Shown: positions 62,458-64,000 of the stretch, one piece after another
How positions within the stretch are numbered: the stretch's first letter is position 1
Layout: each line of letters opens with the position of its first letter
DNA from: Sphaerodactylus townsendi
Taxonomy: Eukaryota
Direction: 5' to 3'
NCBI RefSeq assembly: GCF_021028975.2
Contig: NC_059436.1
Span: 26,846,001-26,910,000, forward strand
Length of the DNA: 64,000 nt
Translations under genes and position numbers: made by a program
The notes under the pieces: generated by a model
Database searches by the model: none
What the model saw: only the letters and a program-made list of their open reading frames with translations
Told to the model about the DNA's origin: nothing

Positions 62458-62682
62458 CTGAGGAACTGTGCTCCTGCAGGACCCAGGGCAATAATCCTGC
62501 TGGCCAGGCCTTCTTCTTCAGCCAGAGGAGGCGGTGCTGGCAGTTTCTGAGGCTTGACCAGGCGGCAGGTGATACGTGTGGGTGCTGCACATGTCCTGGG
62601 TGGGATGATGACACGTAGACCATTGTGTCGGCTGCCACGCATGGAACCACCACGGGCGTCCACCATGAAGCTTACAAGGAAC
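62458..62682 (-). CDS. ANK1: ANK1 exon (~ex26), ZU5-A spectrin-binding domain
   Basis: [44 protein letters not shown]...GAQFL; 225 nt, GT-AG. Confidence 0.98.
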
Positions 62683-63207
62683 CTGTGTGCGAGAGGGTAT
62701 AAGATTTAGGGTTAAACTAGGCAAATTATAGCCAAAAAATGATCCCTATTTGAATCAGGGACATGTAAGGACAGAAGCCCTGCACCTCCCACCGTTTGAA
62801 CCAACCAAATCAGTTCCACACTCCCACTGTTACAAGCTTTTTGAAGGAATAAAGTCAGGTAGCATTTCTGTACATCTTTTTTGTCTTGAAGAGCTGCAAC
62901 AGCACAAGGAATCTTGTTAAGCCCCTTCCTTCCCTCTCCCCCCGCCCCTGCCAAATGCGAGTCACGTATAGGTGTAACTGAGCTTTAAAAGATGCAGGGA
63001 GATCTATGATTAAATCTCAGTTTTGAGTCATAGCTGCAACATCTGTAGCTCACAGTGGGGCTCCCAAGGATCTCACACCCACAATCTTAAGGATGGAGGA
63101 GTCTAAAACCGAGCACCACCCTTTGCCAGTAGCTAGTGTGGGATGCTGGCCTTCACTTGATACGTTGCAACCCTTACATGCAACCCTTATGATCTGTCCT
63201 AAAGTGG

Positions 63208-63416
63208 GGTGCTGTGTGGTTTCCGGGCTGTATGGCCGTGTCTAGCAGCATTCTCTCCTGACATTTCGCCTGCATCTGTGGCTGGCATCCTCTGAAGATG
63301 CCAGCCACAGATGCAAGCAAAACGTCAGGAGAGAATGCTGCTAGAACACGGCCATATAGCCCGGAAACCACACAGCACCCCAGTGATTCCGGCCGTGAAA
63401 ACCTTCGACAATACAT
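63208..63416 (+). mobile_element. Penelope-like palindromic fragment
   Basis: ~85-bp inverted arms; perfect 13-bp TSD TGTCCTAAAGTGG; hammerhead core mutated (AAAAC). Confidence 0.85.
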
Positions 63417-63440
63417 TGTCCTAAAGTGGATTACAGCAGC

Positions 63441-63573
63441 NNNNNNNNNNNNNNNNNNNNNNNNNNNNNNNNNNNNNNNNNNNNNNNNNNNNNNNNNNNN
63501 NNNNNNNNNNNNNNNNNNNNNNNNNNNNNNNNNNNNNNNNNNNNNNNNNNNNNNNNNNNNNNNNNNNNNNNNN
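63441..63573. other. Assembly gap (133 N) in an ANK1 intron
   Basis: Run of N. Confidence 1.
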
Positions 63574-63945
63574 ATGGTCAGAGCAGGAGTGGAAAGAGAA
63601 ACACTGGCAGCAGACGAAAGACAAAAGCAATATGTAAGATGCTCATTGCTAGTGCACATCCTGAGCCAATGAAGCATTAGCAAGCCAGAGCTCAGAGCAC
63701 ATGTTCTGCATGCAGAGGGACTCGGGATCGATCTTCTGCATCTCCAGTTAAGAGGATTTCTTCCTAAAACTGCTGCTGCCGATCAGAGCAAGACAACACT
63801 GGGCAGAGATGGACCTCTGGCCTAACTCAGTAGGGGAGCAAATGTTCATATGGCCGGACATGCCTGTACTTGGAGGCACTGGCCAGCCCTGTGTGTGGCA
63901 AGGGGGACTTCCCATTGCCCTGCGGGATGAAGGGGGATAACTCAC

Positions 63946-64000
63946 CCTGTATGGACAGGACTGGCCACCGGGCTGATGTTGTCAGAGGTCTCCGTGGCAG
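63946..64000 (-). CDS. ANK1: ANK1 exon (~human ex25), 5'-truncated by the window edge
   Basis: ATETSDNISPVASPVHTG; donor GG|gtgagt. Confidence 0.93.

Overview
Eukaryotic (vertebrate) genomic DNA, not prokaryotic. The repeat content (Squam3-like tRNA SINEs with (CTT)n tails, 5S-Sauria-like SINE, Penelope/Poseidon ends, hAT MITEs) points to a squamate reptile, probably a gecko (inference). Two minus-strand genes lie in the conserved NKX6-3/ANK1 arrangement. NKX6-3 is complete: 3 coding exons, 258 aa, 15262-21003. The 3' half of ANK1 (ankyrin-R) enters from the right edge, running from the ZU5 spectrin-binding exons through UPA, the death domain, the regulatory tail and the muscle sAnk1 first exon to a ~2.2 kb 3' UTR ending near 24780. 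All exon borders were read as GT-AG with consistent phases. Exon numbers are human-equivalent and human comparisons are from memory. Main observations: (1) a 1-nt frameshift in the ANK1 exon-38 equivalent leaves only the internal 'band 2.2' acceptor in frame (probably an assembly error); (2) the exon-41 extension that gives the canonical erythroid C-terminus has decayed (stop, frameshift, lost donor); (3) a candidate 21-nt in-frame microexon with RBFOX motifs; (4) Penelope-derived palindromes carry minimal hammerhead ribozyme cores, one intact on the ANK1 sense strand; (5) a SINE tail appears to form the branch point of a constitutive ANK1 exon; (6) candidate homeodomain/Pbx-Hox enhancers 3' of NKX6-3. 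Most ORFs in the six-frame track are spurious.
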